Position numbers and translations under genes: made by a program. The notes under the pieces are model-generated. The model was not told the origin of the DNA and did not search any database. It worked only from the letters and a program-made list of their open reading frames with translations. From Candidatus Poribacteria bacterium (GTDB lineage Bacteria; Poribacteria; WGA-4E; UBA9662): DNA of 64,000 nucleotides. Below are positions 1-10,195 of this stretch, in pieces. The DNA lies in assembly GCA_036339735.1 (NCBI GenBank), contig JAYZAL010000104.1:1-64000 (forward strand). Reading direction: 5' to 3'. Each line of letters begins with the position of its first letter. The stretch's first letter is position 1.

Positions 1-2
1 GC

Positions 3-818
3 TTGGAAAAAGATGGCCTGAAAAGTAATACAATTGTTTTTATTATTAGTGATCATGGTCGTGCTCATATTCGGGACAAGCAGTTTTTGTATGACGGAGG
101 TATTCGTATTCCTTGTATCGTTCGTTGGCCGGACAGAATTGGTGAAGGTTCTATTTGTGATGATTTGGTTAGTGGTATTGACTTTGCACCAACATCTCTG
201 TCCTTATGTGGTTTGGATATACCAGAAGGAATGGAAGGTAATGTTTTTTTGGGAAAAGATGCACAAGAAAGAGAGTATGTTGTTTCAGCTAGGGACCGGT
301 GCGATGGCACCGTAGATCGTATTCGATGTGTGAGGACAAAAACACAGAAATATATACGTAATCATCATCCAGACCGCCCATATATGCAATTCAACGGTTA
401 CAAGAAACAACAATATCCATTATGGACACTACTACCTCTTTTAAATAGAATTGGTTTACTGTCGGATGCTCAGCAAAATTTTTTAGAGCCAAATCGACCT
501 TACGAAGAGTTTTATGACCTGATGCTAGATCCATATGAAATAGATAATCGAGCAACTGATAACAAAATTAGAAAAGATTTAGCTTATCTTTCCGATCTTT
601 TAGATTCTTGGACTAATAATTATGGAGATCAGGGAACCATAACAGAAAACCCGGAAATAGTTGCTGCAGAAGCGAACAAAATGCAAACTTTACACATTAA
701 ACGTATGGAAGCAAAAGGACTAAGTGCAGATGTAAGCGACGAAGAGTTCGTCGCTTGGTGGGAGTCAAGATTGCTAGATGAATCGAGGTCAAACTTTCAT
801 CTTCACAATAGAGTTTAG
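3..818 (+). CDS. Sulfatase family protein, C-terminal part (5' end outside window)
   Basis: NTIVFIISDHG, LYDGGIRIP, LVSGIDFAPT and EEFYDL..DPYE sulfatase motifs. Confidence 0.9.
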   Translation: MEKDGLKSNTIVFIISDHGRAHIRDKQFLYDGGIRIPCIVRWPDRIGEGSICDDLVSGIDFAPTSLSLCGLDIPEGMEGNVFLGKDAQEREYVVSARDRCDGTVDRIRCVRTKTQKYIRNHHPDRPYMQFNGYKKQQYPLWTLLPLLNRIGLLSDAQQNFLEPNRPYEEFYDLMLDPYEIDNRATDNKIRKDLAYLSDLLDSWTNNYGDQGTITENPEIVAAEANKMQTLHIKRMEAKGLSADVSDEEFVAWWESRLLDESRSNFHLHNRV

Positions 819-969
819 TAAATCATTCAAAAGAAGCCTCTAAATAGATATTTAGATTTGGAACTAAATTTCCAGACCTATTTGTTCTCTATGATGATTA
901 GACCACGGGAAGGATTTTTCCCATGAGGCTTTGATACCTTCTTAAATCGAAAAAACTTCGGAGGAACAA

Positions 970-1905
970 ATGAATCAAGAAGACATTAAACAAGTTGGTG
1001 TAGTTGGTGGTGGAACTATGGGATTTGGTATTGCTATCAATTTCGCCTTGTGGGGAGGCTATCCGACTATTATCCAAGATCTGAAGGAGTCTATCCTTGA
1101 CCAGTCAGCGAAACAGATTCGATCAAGCTTAAAGCTCTTTATCGAGGAGGATTTGATTACGCCTGAACAGGCTAAGGAAGCTTTTGACAAAATCACATTG
1201 ACTACTGACTTAGCCGAGCTTGCTAACAAGAGCGACTTCGTCACAGAAGCTATTGTGGAGATCCTACCAGACAAACAAAAAATTTTCCAAGATCTAGACC
1301 GTTTATGTCCACCGCATACTATTTTTGTCAGCAACACTTCTAGTTTTGTAGTGAGCGAAATTGGTATAGGAATCGGGCGACAAGACAAAATTGGCCTAAC
1401 TCACTATTTTGCACCTCCGCATATTGTACCAGGAGTTGAGGTCGCTGGTACACCAGACACCTCAGAAAATACGCACGAGATTATTTACAGCCTGATGAAA
1501 GCAACCAATCGTATTCCAATTCGAGTAAAAAAAGAAATACCTGGCTATTTGATCAACCGAATTCAAGCTGCTATGGAGCAAGAAGCCCTCCAGCTATGGG
1601 CGGAAGAGGTCGCTACAGCGGAGGAAATTGAGAAGGGAATCAAGGCTACATTTGGTTTTCGGATGCCACATGAGGGGCCAATGTCTCATTACGATCTAGC
1701 TGGTATCTGGAAATGGCCATATTCAGCCCGAATAGCACCAAAAATGTTGAATGAGTCAGCAGATCCTATGTCAGATAAAATCAAAAACCGGATCGTTGAA
1801 GGAACACCGTGGTTCTTGGAACCAGAAAATTTTGACGAAACCGTGGAAAGAAGAGATCGTGAATATATTCGTCGACTTAAAACACTTTATAGTGAATTGA
1901 CATAA
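970..1905 (+). CDS. 3-hydroxyacyl-CoA dehydrogenase family protein
   Basis: GGGTMG Rossmann motif, EAIVE, SNTSS, HYFAPP..VE catalytic region, PGYLINR; GGAGG RBS. Confidence 0.9.
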   Translation: MNQEDIKQVGVVGGGTMGFGIAINFALWGGYPTIIQDLKESILDQSAKQIRSSLKLFIEEDLITPEQAKEAFDKITLTTDLAELANKSDFVTEAIVEILPDKQKIFQDLDRLCPPHTIFVSNTSSFVVSEIGIGIGRQDKIGLTHYFAPPHIVPGVEVAGTPDTSENTHEIIYSLMKATNRIPIRVKKEIPGYLINRIQAAMEQEALQLWAEEVATAEEIEKGIKATFGFRMPHEGPMSHYDLAGIWKWPYSARIAPKMLNESADPMSDKIKNRIVEGTPWFLEPENFDETVERRDREYIRRLKTLYSELT

Positions 1906-1913
1906 ACTACTGG

Positions 1914-4900
1914 CTAAGGTGCAATGGAAGGCTGTTGGGATAAAACTCGAAAATAATCCTTGAGTTGTTGACGATACTGGATGGGGATTTGCTGAAAATC
2001 GACTGATTTCAAACCTTTCTGAACCTCAGTTATCTTTTGCAGTAATTCGGGATCAAGCGGTGAGATTTGGGGTTTTACTAAGGTCGCCTTTGCAACCTCG
2101 CCCTTCCGTTTTTTGCCTTCTTCTCTTTTTTGTAAGGATTTAGTACTTTCTAACATTCGGGTTAAGATTTGCTTTTGTTTGTCGAGAACCTCCCGAGTTA
2201 AATTTTGACTTTTTAATTCAGATTCGACAGTTTTCATCTCTTCAGAAATACCCTCTAAATCACCTAATAGTTGTTTCATTTGTTCAGCCATCTTAGCCAG
2301 TCGTTCGGTAGCTTCTCGTATCATCTGTTGTTCATAAGCCATACGTTGTATCATCTCCTGATGACCGGGTAATTTTCCTTTCTGTCTCATTTGCTGACTA
2401 AGCTGCTGGGCCATTTCATTCAGTTTTTCTTGGTTTTGGGTTAGCTGTTGTAATTGCTCCAGCATGTTCTCCATACTACCAGCTCCCATCTGCATATTCA
2501 TCTGATTCATAGCATCTAATAGGGCCAGTGTAACTTGATTCAGTTTCTCTAATCCCTGTTTTTGGATTGGGCTAGCCAAACTAGGTTGCCGATCTTCTAG
2601 TGCTTTAGCAGATCGTTTAAATGCATCGCTAGCAGTTTCCAGTCCCCAAATCAATTCAGGCTTAATCTGCATTTGCTGTTTACCCAGTTCCCACAACCTT
2701 GAAGCCAAAGTATCCGTTCCATTTGCTAAGCCAATTTCCGTTGCGGCTAGGCGTTGTAACTGGCTAATTTCTCCTTTTAGATAACGGCCTTTTCCTATCA
2801 TCAAGATGGACTTTGTCTTTTCCCATACTAGCTGATGTTTTTGTGATAAATAGAGTGTGCTACGTACCGCTGATCGTAATTCAGCTAAAGTTTCTTCGGA
2901 GTTAGCACCCTGCAAAAATTCTAATGCATTATCCAGGCCTTGGTATAATTCGGTCAATGTCTGTTCTACAGATTGAGCGGTTTCTGCATTTTTTTCTCCC
3001 CTCTGTAGTTGTTTAACCATTTTTTGTAAAGTAGCCGTTAGTTGATTTGATTGAGCGAATTGTTTCAACCGCTGAAGCTCATTGCCTACCTGACTCAATT
3101 GTTGTTGACTGACTTGAGCTTGATCAATCATTTCTTGACCCAACTTGCCAATATCAGTCAATAGATCGCGGGTACCAGAGAAAATCCGTTCTTCCTGTTG
3201 TGCTATGCGCTGACTTGATTCAGTTTGTTCCTTAGCCAGTTTACTATTTATGTGAATTTGCTGGTTTTTCAGATCCTCGGCTCTCTTAACCGCAGCTTCT
3301 AGTTTTTGCTGTAATAGCATCTGCTGATATAATGCTTTCATGCGATCTAGTTTCTGCATAAACTGTTCCTGATTAAAATTTGCTTCTGTTAATTCTTTCT
3401 CCTGCTGCTTCAAATCTTGCTGTTCGATTGCTTGAGATAGTTGACGGAGTAGTTCTTTATGCTCCTCCGAAAGAGCTTGTTGCATCAAATCCTGTAACTC
3501 TTGATATTTTGCTACTGTTTCCGCATCGAATAATTGTTGCTTCTTCATATGTTCAGTCAGCAGTTTCATCTCTTCTAATTCTTGCTTGACCGTTTTTTCA
3601 ATTTGTTTTTGCTTGGCCAGAGTTTCTTTTAAGACTTTTTCGTCTGTTTGGCTAAGATCTTGGCTTTTTCTCAGTCGATCAATTAGTTCATCTACCGCCT
3701 GTTCAGCAGCGACTTGTTGTTCAAATATAGCCTCAAAGCTCTGAATACCGGCTTGCTGCTCAGATTCAACTTCTCCCAAAATCTCGGCTAGAGAAGGAAA
3801 ACGGATGGTAAAGGTTTGAGAATTACCGACATTGGGTCCAGAAATGGAGTCATTATCTCTAGCTTCCAAATGATATACAACCACATCTCCTGGAAAAAGA
3901 CGTAGCAAATCGAGGTCCCAGTCATAGTTGAAATTTGTATCAGTTTCAGGAGAAGCGAACTCAACTAACGTGAGCTGAGAAGTCTTCGGAGTGCTAGAAC
4001 TAATGTCCGTTCCTTCAATATAGTAGACTAGTCTTAGGCTTTGAACTCCAAAATCATCTTGCACCGAAATTCGCAATCGAACAAGCATAGTATCGTCTAG
4101 TACTGTGTCAGTACCTGGCTTTAGGATTTGAATCCGTGGCCGTTGGTCATTTATTGCCCTAATTTGGTAGCTAATGGAATTTTGATTTGTCAAGCCATTA
4201 AATCCTTCCAAAGCAATATGATATTGAGCAGACTTCTGCACGATGAAAAAGCCTGAAAAATCAAAATCAGGCGATAATTCTAAATCCAACTTTTCATCAG
4301 TGTCAAAAACTAGTCTGGCAAGCGTCACATTGCTACTAACCTTTCCTGTGATAGACACCTCTGTTCCGACCAGTACTTGTAAATCGCCTTGATTTATTTC
4401 CAACTTTTCACTAGCTCGCTGAGTATAAGGCGGATATTTTAATGCGAGTTGAAATTCATGAACCGTAGGTTGTCTTATTACCTTTAGTCGATATTTGGGC
4501 GTTTGAGTTTTATCCACCTGAACGTAATATTCTAACGGTGTAGTGATGTGCTGAATAGTCGTTTGGTAGTATGAATCAATTTTATTCATCGGGTGCTCTT
4601 GCCATGCACCTTCCAATCGCCGATATTGGAGAGTAACACCAGTACCAGAGTAGTTTACAACAGCACTGAAATTGACTGATTCTCCTGATTGAATTTCGCT
4701 ATCTCCAGGACTGATTTGACTTATTTCAATCTTGGGAGATATTAGTGGCGTCTGATCATCGGCTTCAAATACTGTGACAAATTCAGCAAACGAATTGGGG
4801 AATAATATTAGCTCTAGCGTCAAGCAGACTAGCAATAAAAAAGCATAAATACCATATTTCTGGATAGCTTTTATTTCAGAACTCAAGACATAGTTCAAAT

Positions 4901-5321
4901 TGATTTTTGATAGGAAGCTTTGAGCGTATTCAACGATTTTATCCACTAAATTGGTTGAATAATGAAGTGAATTTCCCGATTTAAGTGGATATAACTGCGT
5001 TGCACTTAGAACATGATCATTTTGCTCTGGATAGGCTTGACCAACCCAAAACGCAGCAGTGGATAAGGAGATTTTTTTTAAAACAGGTTTGAAACTGAGA
5101 AAAGCTTGATAGCCAACAAACACAAAAAAGGCTAGCATCATAGCCATACGAAAAATACGCGGAATGGGAAGCAGTTGATCCAAAAATAAAATTAGACACA
5201 ATACTGGTAAAATTGAAACGACCCATTTTAAAATAGCCGACAAAATAGCCAGACTTCTAGAAAAGATTTTTAGTTTTTTCAGAAAACTTTCAATCGCTTG
5301 GTATTTTTGGTGAGTATCCAT
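1914..5321 (-). CDS. Large membrane-anchored protein with Ig-like middle region and Gln-rich coiled coil (DUF4175-like)
   Basis: N-terminal TM helices, YPPYT and DDFGV motifs, long Q/E/L heptads, C-terminal P.QYR...DYF. Confidence 0.7.
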   Translation of the reverse strand: MDTHQKYQAIESFLKKLKIFSRSLAILSAILKWVVSILPVLCLILFLDQLLPIPRIFRMAMMLAFFVFVGYQAFLSFKPVLKKISLSTAAFWVGQAYPEQNDHVLSATQLYPLKSGNSLHYSTNLVDKIVEYAQSFLSKINLNYVLSSEIKAIQKYGIYAFLLLVCLTLELILFPNSFAEFVTVFEADDQTPLISPKIEISQISPGDSEIQSGESVNFSAVVNYSGTGVTLQYRRLEGAWQEHPMNKIDSYYQTTIQHITTPLEYYVQVDKTQTPKYRLKVIRQPTVHEFQLALKYPPYTQRASEKLEINQGDLQVLVGTEVSITGKVSSNVTLARLVFDTDEKLDLELSPDFDFSGFFIVQKSAQYHIALEGFNGLTNQNSISYQIRAINDQRPRIQILKPGTDTVLDDTMLVRLRISVQDDFGVQSLRLVYYIEGTDISSSTPKTSQLTLVEFASPETDTNFNYDWDLDLLRLFPGDVVVYHLEARDNDSISGPNVGNSQTFTIRFPSLAEILGEVESEQQAGIQSFEAIFEQQVAAEQAVDELIDRLRKSQDLSQTDEKVLKETLAKQKQIEKTVKQELEEMKLLTEHMKKQQLFDAETVAKYQELQDLMQQALSEEHKELLRQLSQAIEQQDLKQQEKELTEANFNQEQFMQKLDRMKALYQQMLLQQKLEAAVKRAEDLKNQQIHINSKLAKEQTESSQRIAQQEERIFSGTRDLLTDIGKLGQEMIDQAQVSQQQLSQVGNELQRLKQFAQSNQLTATLQKMVKQLQRGEKNAETAQSVEQTLTELYQGLDNALEFLQGANSEETLAELRSAVRSTLYLSQKHQLVWEKTKSILMIGKGRYLKGEISQLQRLAATEIGLANGTDTLASRLWELGKQQMQIKPELIWGLETASDAFKRSAKALEDRQPSLASPIQKQGLEKLNQVTLALLDAMNQMNMQMGAGSMENMLEQLQQLTQNQEKLNEMAQQLSQQMRQKGKLPGHQEMIQRMAYEQQMIREATERLAKMAEQMKQLLGDLEGISEEMKTVESELKSQNLTREVLDKQKQILTRMLESTKSLQKREEGKKRKGEVAKATLVKPQISPLDPELLQKITEVQKGLKSVDFQQIPIQYRQQLKDYFRVLSQQPSIAP

Positions 5322-5326
5322 TTAGC

Positions 5327-6121
5327 TTAGTCTGTTCCCACACGAGCAAAAAGCTTCGAGAGCCGATGAGCGTGCTCATCGTATGCTGACTGAAATATTT
5401 TTGACGAACGTTCAGAACCAATAAGGCAAGAAGCAGTTAATACTTGTGGAGGCACTCCTGCTTCTGTTAGTCGTCCTGCGACTTCAGCTTTTATTGAGTT
5501 AATCAATATGGATCCACCAACGGTCGAGCCTGGACTGACAGGAGTATCTAACTGATCTATCATCACCATGGAGTCTCCAGCAGGGACTCCATTATCCAAT
5601 ACTAAATCAACTACATCAGTCAATTTTATGCCATCAGGATGCTTCGACGAACTTTCTTCGGCATGTTGCCGCCCCACAATTGCTACAACGGGCATCCCAG
5701 CTTTTTTCATTTCTTGGGCTACTTCGATCGGTACGATATTGGTTCCACTATTTGATATGACCAACCCGCTGTCCTGAGCGCTGAGATCAAAGTTTCGTAA
5801 AATTTGTTTTGCTAAGCCCGTTACATTTTCCAAAAACATAGCCTGACGTTGGCCATTAGAACCTACAACAGCGTTATGATAAGTTAATGACAATTCGACG
5901 AGAGGATTAAATCCAGGGAATGAGCCATATCTTGGCCACATCTCCTCCACCATAATTCGGCTATGCCCAGACCCAAATAAGTGTACCATTCGTCCAGCCA
6001 AAATGGTTTCAGCAAACCAATTAGCAGCTTGATGAATTTGATTTTCTTGCTGGGCAATAGTGTCAAGAATCTTTTTACATTGCTGGAGATACGTTTGAGT
6101 ATAGTTTTTTGAGGACTGCAT
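5327..6121 (-). CDS. SIS-domain sugar isomerase family protein
   Basis: FGSGHS, ISNSGTN and LDNGVPAGD motifs. Confidence 0.85.
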   Translation of the reverse strand: MQSSKNYTQTYLQQCKKILDTIAQQENQIHQAANWFAETILAGRMVHLFGSGHSRIMVEEMWPRYGSFPGFNPLVELSLTYHNAVVGSNGQRQAMFLENVTGLAKQILRNFDLSAQDSGLVISNSGTNIVPIEVAQEMKKAGMPVVAIVGRQHAEESSSKHPDGIKLTDVVDLVLDNGVPAGDSMVMIDQLDTPVSPGSTVGGSILINSIKAEVAGRLTEAGVPPQVLTASCLIGSERSSKIFQSAYDEHAHRLSKLFARVGTD

Positions 6122-6213
6122 AATATTTCGTTATTTGAAGAAGCTTTCACTTACTAATGTAACGCAAGAACTAAGAGTTCTGCAAGCTACATTTTTAGTT
6201 AATTTGGACCAGC

Positions 6214-6243
6214 TTGACAAGCAATAATCAGCAGGGATATAAT
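6214..6243 (+). promoter_or_regulatory. Sigma70-type promoter TTGACA-N18-TATAAT
   Basis: Both hexamers are perfect consensus; lies upstream of the 6301 ORF. Confidence 0.75.
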
Positions 6244-6300
6244 CCAAAACGATAGAAATTTAAGCAAAGCAGACGATTGACAGTGTCAACAGGATTGGTT

Positions 6301-7539
6301 ATGGCAACAGCGGCAGCAGCAAAAACGCTCTATTTCCCAGAAGTTAGTCGACAATGGAACGATTGGGTTCAGGTCATTAATGTCGGTCGAGAACCTACCC
6401 GCGTTACAGCGGTAGCTCACCACCATGCAACTGGCCAGCCTGTCTGGTCTGATGAAAAACATATTAACTCGTTTGAGTCATGGATTCCGAATTTAGAATC
6501 CATTAAGGATAACACTTGGGTACAGTTCAATGCTGAACAGCCAATTGTTGCCGAACGGCACATGCATAAAGATTCCAACATTATTGATTTAATCGGTGCT
6601 GCAGAGGAATATGAAACTATTGGAACCCGACTATTTTTTCCTGAAGTGGCTTCAGGGGCTCACGATTGGTTTCGCTTTCTCAACATTGGTGAACATGATG
6701 CTATGATTAATATGGTCATGCGAAATGTTAAAGGGCACACCATTTGGCAACATCAACATACAATCAAACCCAAAACTTGTTGGGATGTAGACGAAAAAGT
6801 AATGCGTCAGGCGAATGGAACCTTGGAGGTCATTAGTACGCAACCCATTTGCGGTGAAAGGCATATGCACTACCAAGGTGGTAAGACTACTGTTGGCCAA
6901 TATGGACAGGTAATAACTGATGAAGCACGGACGCTATATTTTCCAGAAGTTGGACCAGTTTGGCAAGATTGGGTGGCAATTGTCAATTTAAGTACTAGTG
7001 AATCAGCAAACGTCAAGTTAATTGCACGCCAAGATAACTCGGGACAAACAATCTGGACCAAGGAAAAACAAGTAGCTCCCTTTGAACGTTGGTCGCCACC
7101 AATGGATGAGGTCAAAGTTAAATCTTCAGTGGAGGTAACTAGCGACCAACCAATTGCTGCAGAACGACATATGCATAATGGACCAAGCCTGATTGATTTG
7201 CCTGGAGCTTCAGAAGGCCGAGGTCAAGTTGGACGACGATTATTCTTTCCAGAGGTTCATGCGGGGGATTATGACTGGTTTCGCATACTGAATATAAGTG
7301 AGCATGATGCCATGGTTAGTATTGTTGTTAGAAATAGAAAAGGTGAAGTCGTAACACAATTTCAAGGACAAATTAAACCTTACCATTGCTGGGATTTTGA
7401 TGATGGGAGATTGAAGGACGTGCGTGGAACAGTCGAAGCTGTAAGTACACAATCAATTATCGGTGAGCGACACATGCATTATAAAAACGGACACAAAGGG
7501 GCAGTTGTGGGTGCATATGGAGTAGTTCTTGGTGAGTAA
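6301..7539 (+). CDS. Uncharacterised protein of four ~100-aa repeats (L[YF]FPEV...DW...N...ERHMH)
   Basis: Repeats visible in translation; ATG 6301 preceded by AGGA is preferred over TTG 6277. Confidence 0.85.
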   Translation: MATAAAAKTLYFPEVSRQWNDWVQVINVGREPTRVTAVAHHHATGQPVWSDEKHINSFESWIPNLESIKDNTWVQFNAEQPIVAERHMHKDSNIIDLIGAAEEYETIGTRLFFPEVASGAHDWFRFLNIGEHDAMINMVMRNVKGHTIWQHQHTIKPKTCWDVDEKVMRQANGTLEVISTQPICGERHMHYQGGKTTVGQYGQVITDEARTLYFPEVGPVWQDWVAIVNLSTSESANVKLIARQDNSGQTIWTKEKQVAPFERWSPPMDEVKVKSSVEVTSDQPIAAERHMHNGPSLIDLPGASEGRGQVGRRLFFPEVHAGDYDWFRILNISEHDAMVSIVVRNRKGEVVTQFQGQIKPYHCWDFDDGRLKDVRGTVEAVSTQSIIGERHMHYKNGHKGAVVGAYGVVLGE

Positions 7540-7548
7540 ACTTAAGAT

Positions 7549-9024
7549 TTGATCAAACTTCCAATAAAAACTCTAGGTTTGAGCCAATCCTACCAGCAAT
7601 ATTTGGTCTGGGTTGGGTGCAGCGTCATCTTATCTGGCGTGATCGGAGTGGTTCTCGCTCTAAGCTACGAGTCCTCTATACCTATCCTGATCTTGCTTTC
7701 CGCGATAGGAGTGCTTACATTTCTATCACCTCAATTAGCTTTTTTCGTCACTTTCCTGTTCTTACCATTCTCATTTCGTTTTATTATTCCTGGCCGCAGC
7801 CTTGAAGTACAAACACCGACTGAACCCTTGTTAGGAATGCTAATTTTTGTAAATTTTGTTCAACTAGTATTCGATGGTTCTACACACTCATATAGGAGAA
7901 TAAGAAAAGATAAAGAAATTTTGCACAAAAGAATCTTTCCTTTAAAATGGCCAGTTATCCTATTCATACTGATGCACTTTGTTTCTACCATCAATTCACC
8001 AGACACCATTAGTTCTATTAAAGGTTCAATTCGAGCCTCAGTCTATATTTTGACTTCTTTTTTGACTTTTCGCCTAATCGAAGACAGAGTCGATTTGAGG
8101 CGTCTTGGTCTGGTCGCTCTCCCTCCAGCAGTTGTAGCTGTAGTATGGACAATAATTGTTCTAATTTATAATCTGGATAATTGGCAGTGGACGAGTGCGT
8201 ATAATGGGGCACCTTTCACTAACTATACTGCTTATGGTCAATTTACGGTTACCTTTCTACTAATAGTTCTGAGTAAGTTACTAATCGACCGGTCTGATTA
8301 TGATCGTATTATTTGGCTAGCGCTATTGATTGTTTTTACATGCGGTGTCCTGATGTGCTTCTCTCGTGGGGTTTGGTTAGCTCTATTATTGAGTATTGGA
8401 TTTTTAATTCTCAATTTGCGACAAGATAACTTAGGTCCCAAATTAGCATTTGCTATTGTAGTGTCTGTAATTCTATTGGTCTTACTCATTTTGCCTGGTA
8501 CATCTAACTTGATTCAAGAACGCGTTTTTACCATGTTTGATCTAAAATTTGCGTCTAATCAATCTCGCATATTACGCTGGGGACAAGCCTTTTTGATGTT
8601 TCTCGAAAACCCAATTTTGGGCAATGGATACGGAGCTTTTGCTATGATATATGAAGAAAATCCGAGCTTGTCTGGTATCTACAAAGCCCAATTCCAACTT
8701 GGAGTACATAGCGAACATTTAAGAATTTTAGCTGAAATGGGGGTGTTAGGTATCCTAACGTGGTTGGGTGTTTTATTTTCTTTTTTCCGGTTAGGTATAC
8801 TAGCTATTAATCGGACTAGTGACGGTTTTTTTCGCTCACTTATAGTCGCTCTCCTTACCATTAAAGTGTCGATGGTGTTACTATTCTTTTTCAATGATCT
8901 ACCTGAAGGAGACATACTAGCGATCCCATTTTGGGTCGTGTATGGATTGTTACCAGCTGTCGTTCAGATATCAGACCAAGAAAAGAATAAAAATAATGAC
9001 AGACCAAATCCAACTATCTACTAA
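7549..9024 (+). CDS. O-antigen ligase / Wzy_C family membrane protein
   Basis: Multiple TM helices, SRGVW, R...W.....MF.ENPILG.G.G, HSEHL.ILAEMG. Confidence 0.85.
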   Translation: MIKLPIKTLGLSQSYQQYLVWVGCSVILSGVIGVVLALSYESSIPILILLSAIGVLTFLSPQLAFFVTFLFLPFSFRFIIPGRSLEVQTPTEPLLGMLIFVNFVQLVFDGSTHSYRRIRKDKEILHKRIFPLKWPVILFILMHFVSTINSPDTISSIKGSIRASVYILTSFLTFRLIEDRVDLRRLGLVALPPAVVAVVWTIIVLIYNLDNWQWTSAYNGAPFTNYTAYGQFTVTFLLIVLSKLLIDRSDYDRIIWLALLIVFTCGVLMCFSRGVWLALLLSIGFLILNLRQDNLGPKLAFAIVVSVILLVLLILPGTSNLIQERVFTMFDLKFASNQSRILRWGQAFLMFLENPILGNGYGAFAMIYEENPSLSGIYKAQFQLGVHSEHLRILAEMGVLGILTWLGVLFSFFRLGILAINRTSDGFFRSLIVALLTIKVSMVLLFFFNDLPEGDILAIPFWVVYGLLPAVVQISDQEKNKNNDRPNPTIY

Positions 9025-10186
9025 AAAACAATTTCTGTTTTCTATTTTTTCGATCCTATTAACTTGGCTGGTTATTGAGGTCATTTTCCACCTATTAACC
9101 TTGGTTGGATGGATCACTTACAATATTTTCACTCCTTCCATTTATACACAAGAGACAGTCAAATACCAACTAGATAGAAACGGTTCCCCTATTTTCACGG
9201 ATGGACAGAAAGTTTATCGTCAACCTGGAGTCCCAATACAACTTCGAGACTATAACTCTGAGGGGTTCGCCCCAGAAGATGCTCGACGATTTAACAAACA
9301 CTCAACGAGCTATAACCAAATTGGTTTTTTTGGTGATTCGTACACAGAAGGATTACAGGTCAATCGTCAGCAAACTTTCCCTCATCTCATTGAGCAATAT
9401 CATGGAAGTAAATCTGTCAAAAAAGAAACAATAACTTGCTTTAATTTCGGTGTCGGTGGCACAGGTACATATCATCAATATTTACGCTATTTGACGGTTT
9501 CGAAAAAGACGAAATTAGATCAAGTTGTCGTTTGTTTCTTACCACAAAATGACGTCTTGAATAACCACCCAAAACTGGGCGAACCATTTGAGTTACCTAA
9601 AGCTCCCTACTTTTTAACTGCGGCCAGTAAACATACACAAGATAATATTGATAATTCGATTAGACTTATAAACAAAAAACATTACTGGCTAAGACGAACC
9701 ATAGGCTTCAGTTTTTTAGCTAGTGGTGTTTATCGATTGATGAAACAATTGCGAATGAGTGGACAGCAACGCAAGTCTAACACTTGGAATATTCGCCAGA
9801 ACTGGCTCGCGGTTTATGGAGAACCACTAAACGATATTTGGAGAGAAGCTTGGCAAGTTACAGAATTGATTTTACTTCAATTCCATAGGCAGGTATTAGC
9901 TGATGGAGCCAAATTTACTCTTTTATTAGTGGCCGATTCTTTACAAATCGGAGATCATTCAGTTTTGCCATCAGGCTTAGAGAGTGATTTGGATTTATCA
10001 TACCCCAATAGGCGGTTAAGATCATGGGCTAAAGAATACAACATTGACTGCGTGGATTCCTTGCCTTATTTTCTCAACAAAAAGAATGAACTTAATTACC
10101 CATATTTTTCTTGGCACAGCGACGGACATTATTCTTCAGTTGGGCATACGACGATGGCTGAATTTTGGCATAACAAAGAAAAATAA
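8996..10186 (+). CDS. Membrane-anchored SGNH/GDSL hydrolase-like protein
   Basis: FGDSYTEG, NFGVGG, ND and DGHY motifs; N-terminal TM; start taken at ATG 8996. Confidence 0.8.
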   Translation: MTDQIQLSTKKQFLFSIFSILLTWLVIEVIFHLLTLVGWITYNIFTPSIYTQETVKYQLDRNGSPIFTDGQKVYRQPGVPIQLRDYNSEGFAPEDARRFNKHSTSYNQIGFFGDSYTEGLQVNRQQTFPHLIEQYHGSKSVKKETITCFNFGVGGTGTYHQYLRYLTVSKKTKLDQVVVCFLPQNDVLNNHPKLGEPFELPKAPYFLTAASKHTQDNIDNSIRLINKKHYWLRRTIGFSFLASGVYRLMKQLRMSGQQRKSNTWNIRQNWLAVYGEPLNDIWREAWQVTELILLQFHRQVLADGAKFTLLLVADSLQIGDHSVLPSGLESDLDLSYPNRRLRSWAKEYNIDCVDSLPYFLNKKNELNYPYFSWHSDGHYSSVGHTTMAEFWHNKEK

Positions 10187-10195
10187 TGAGAAATA

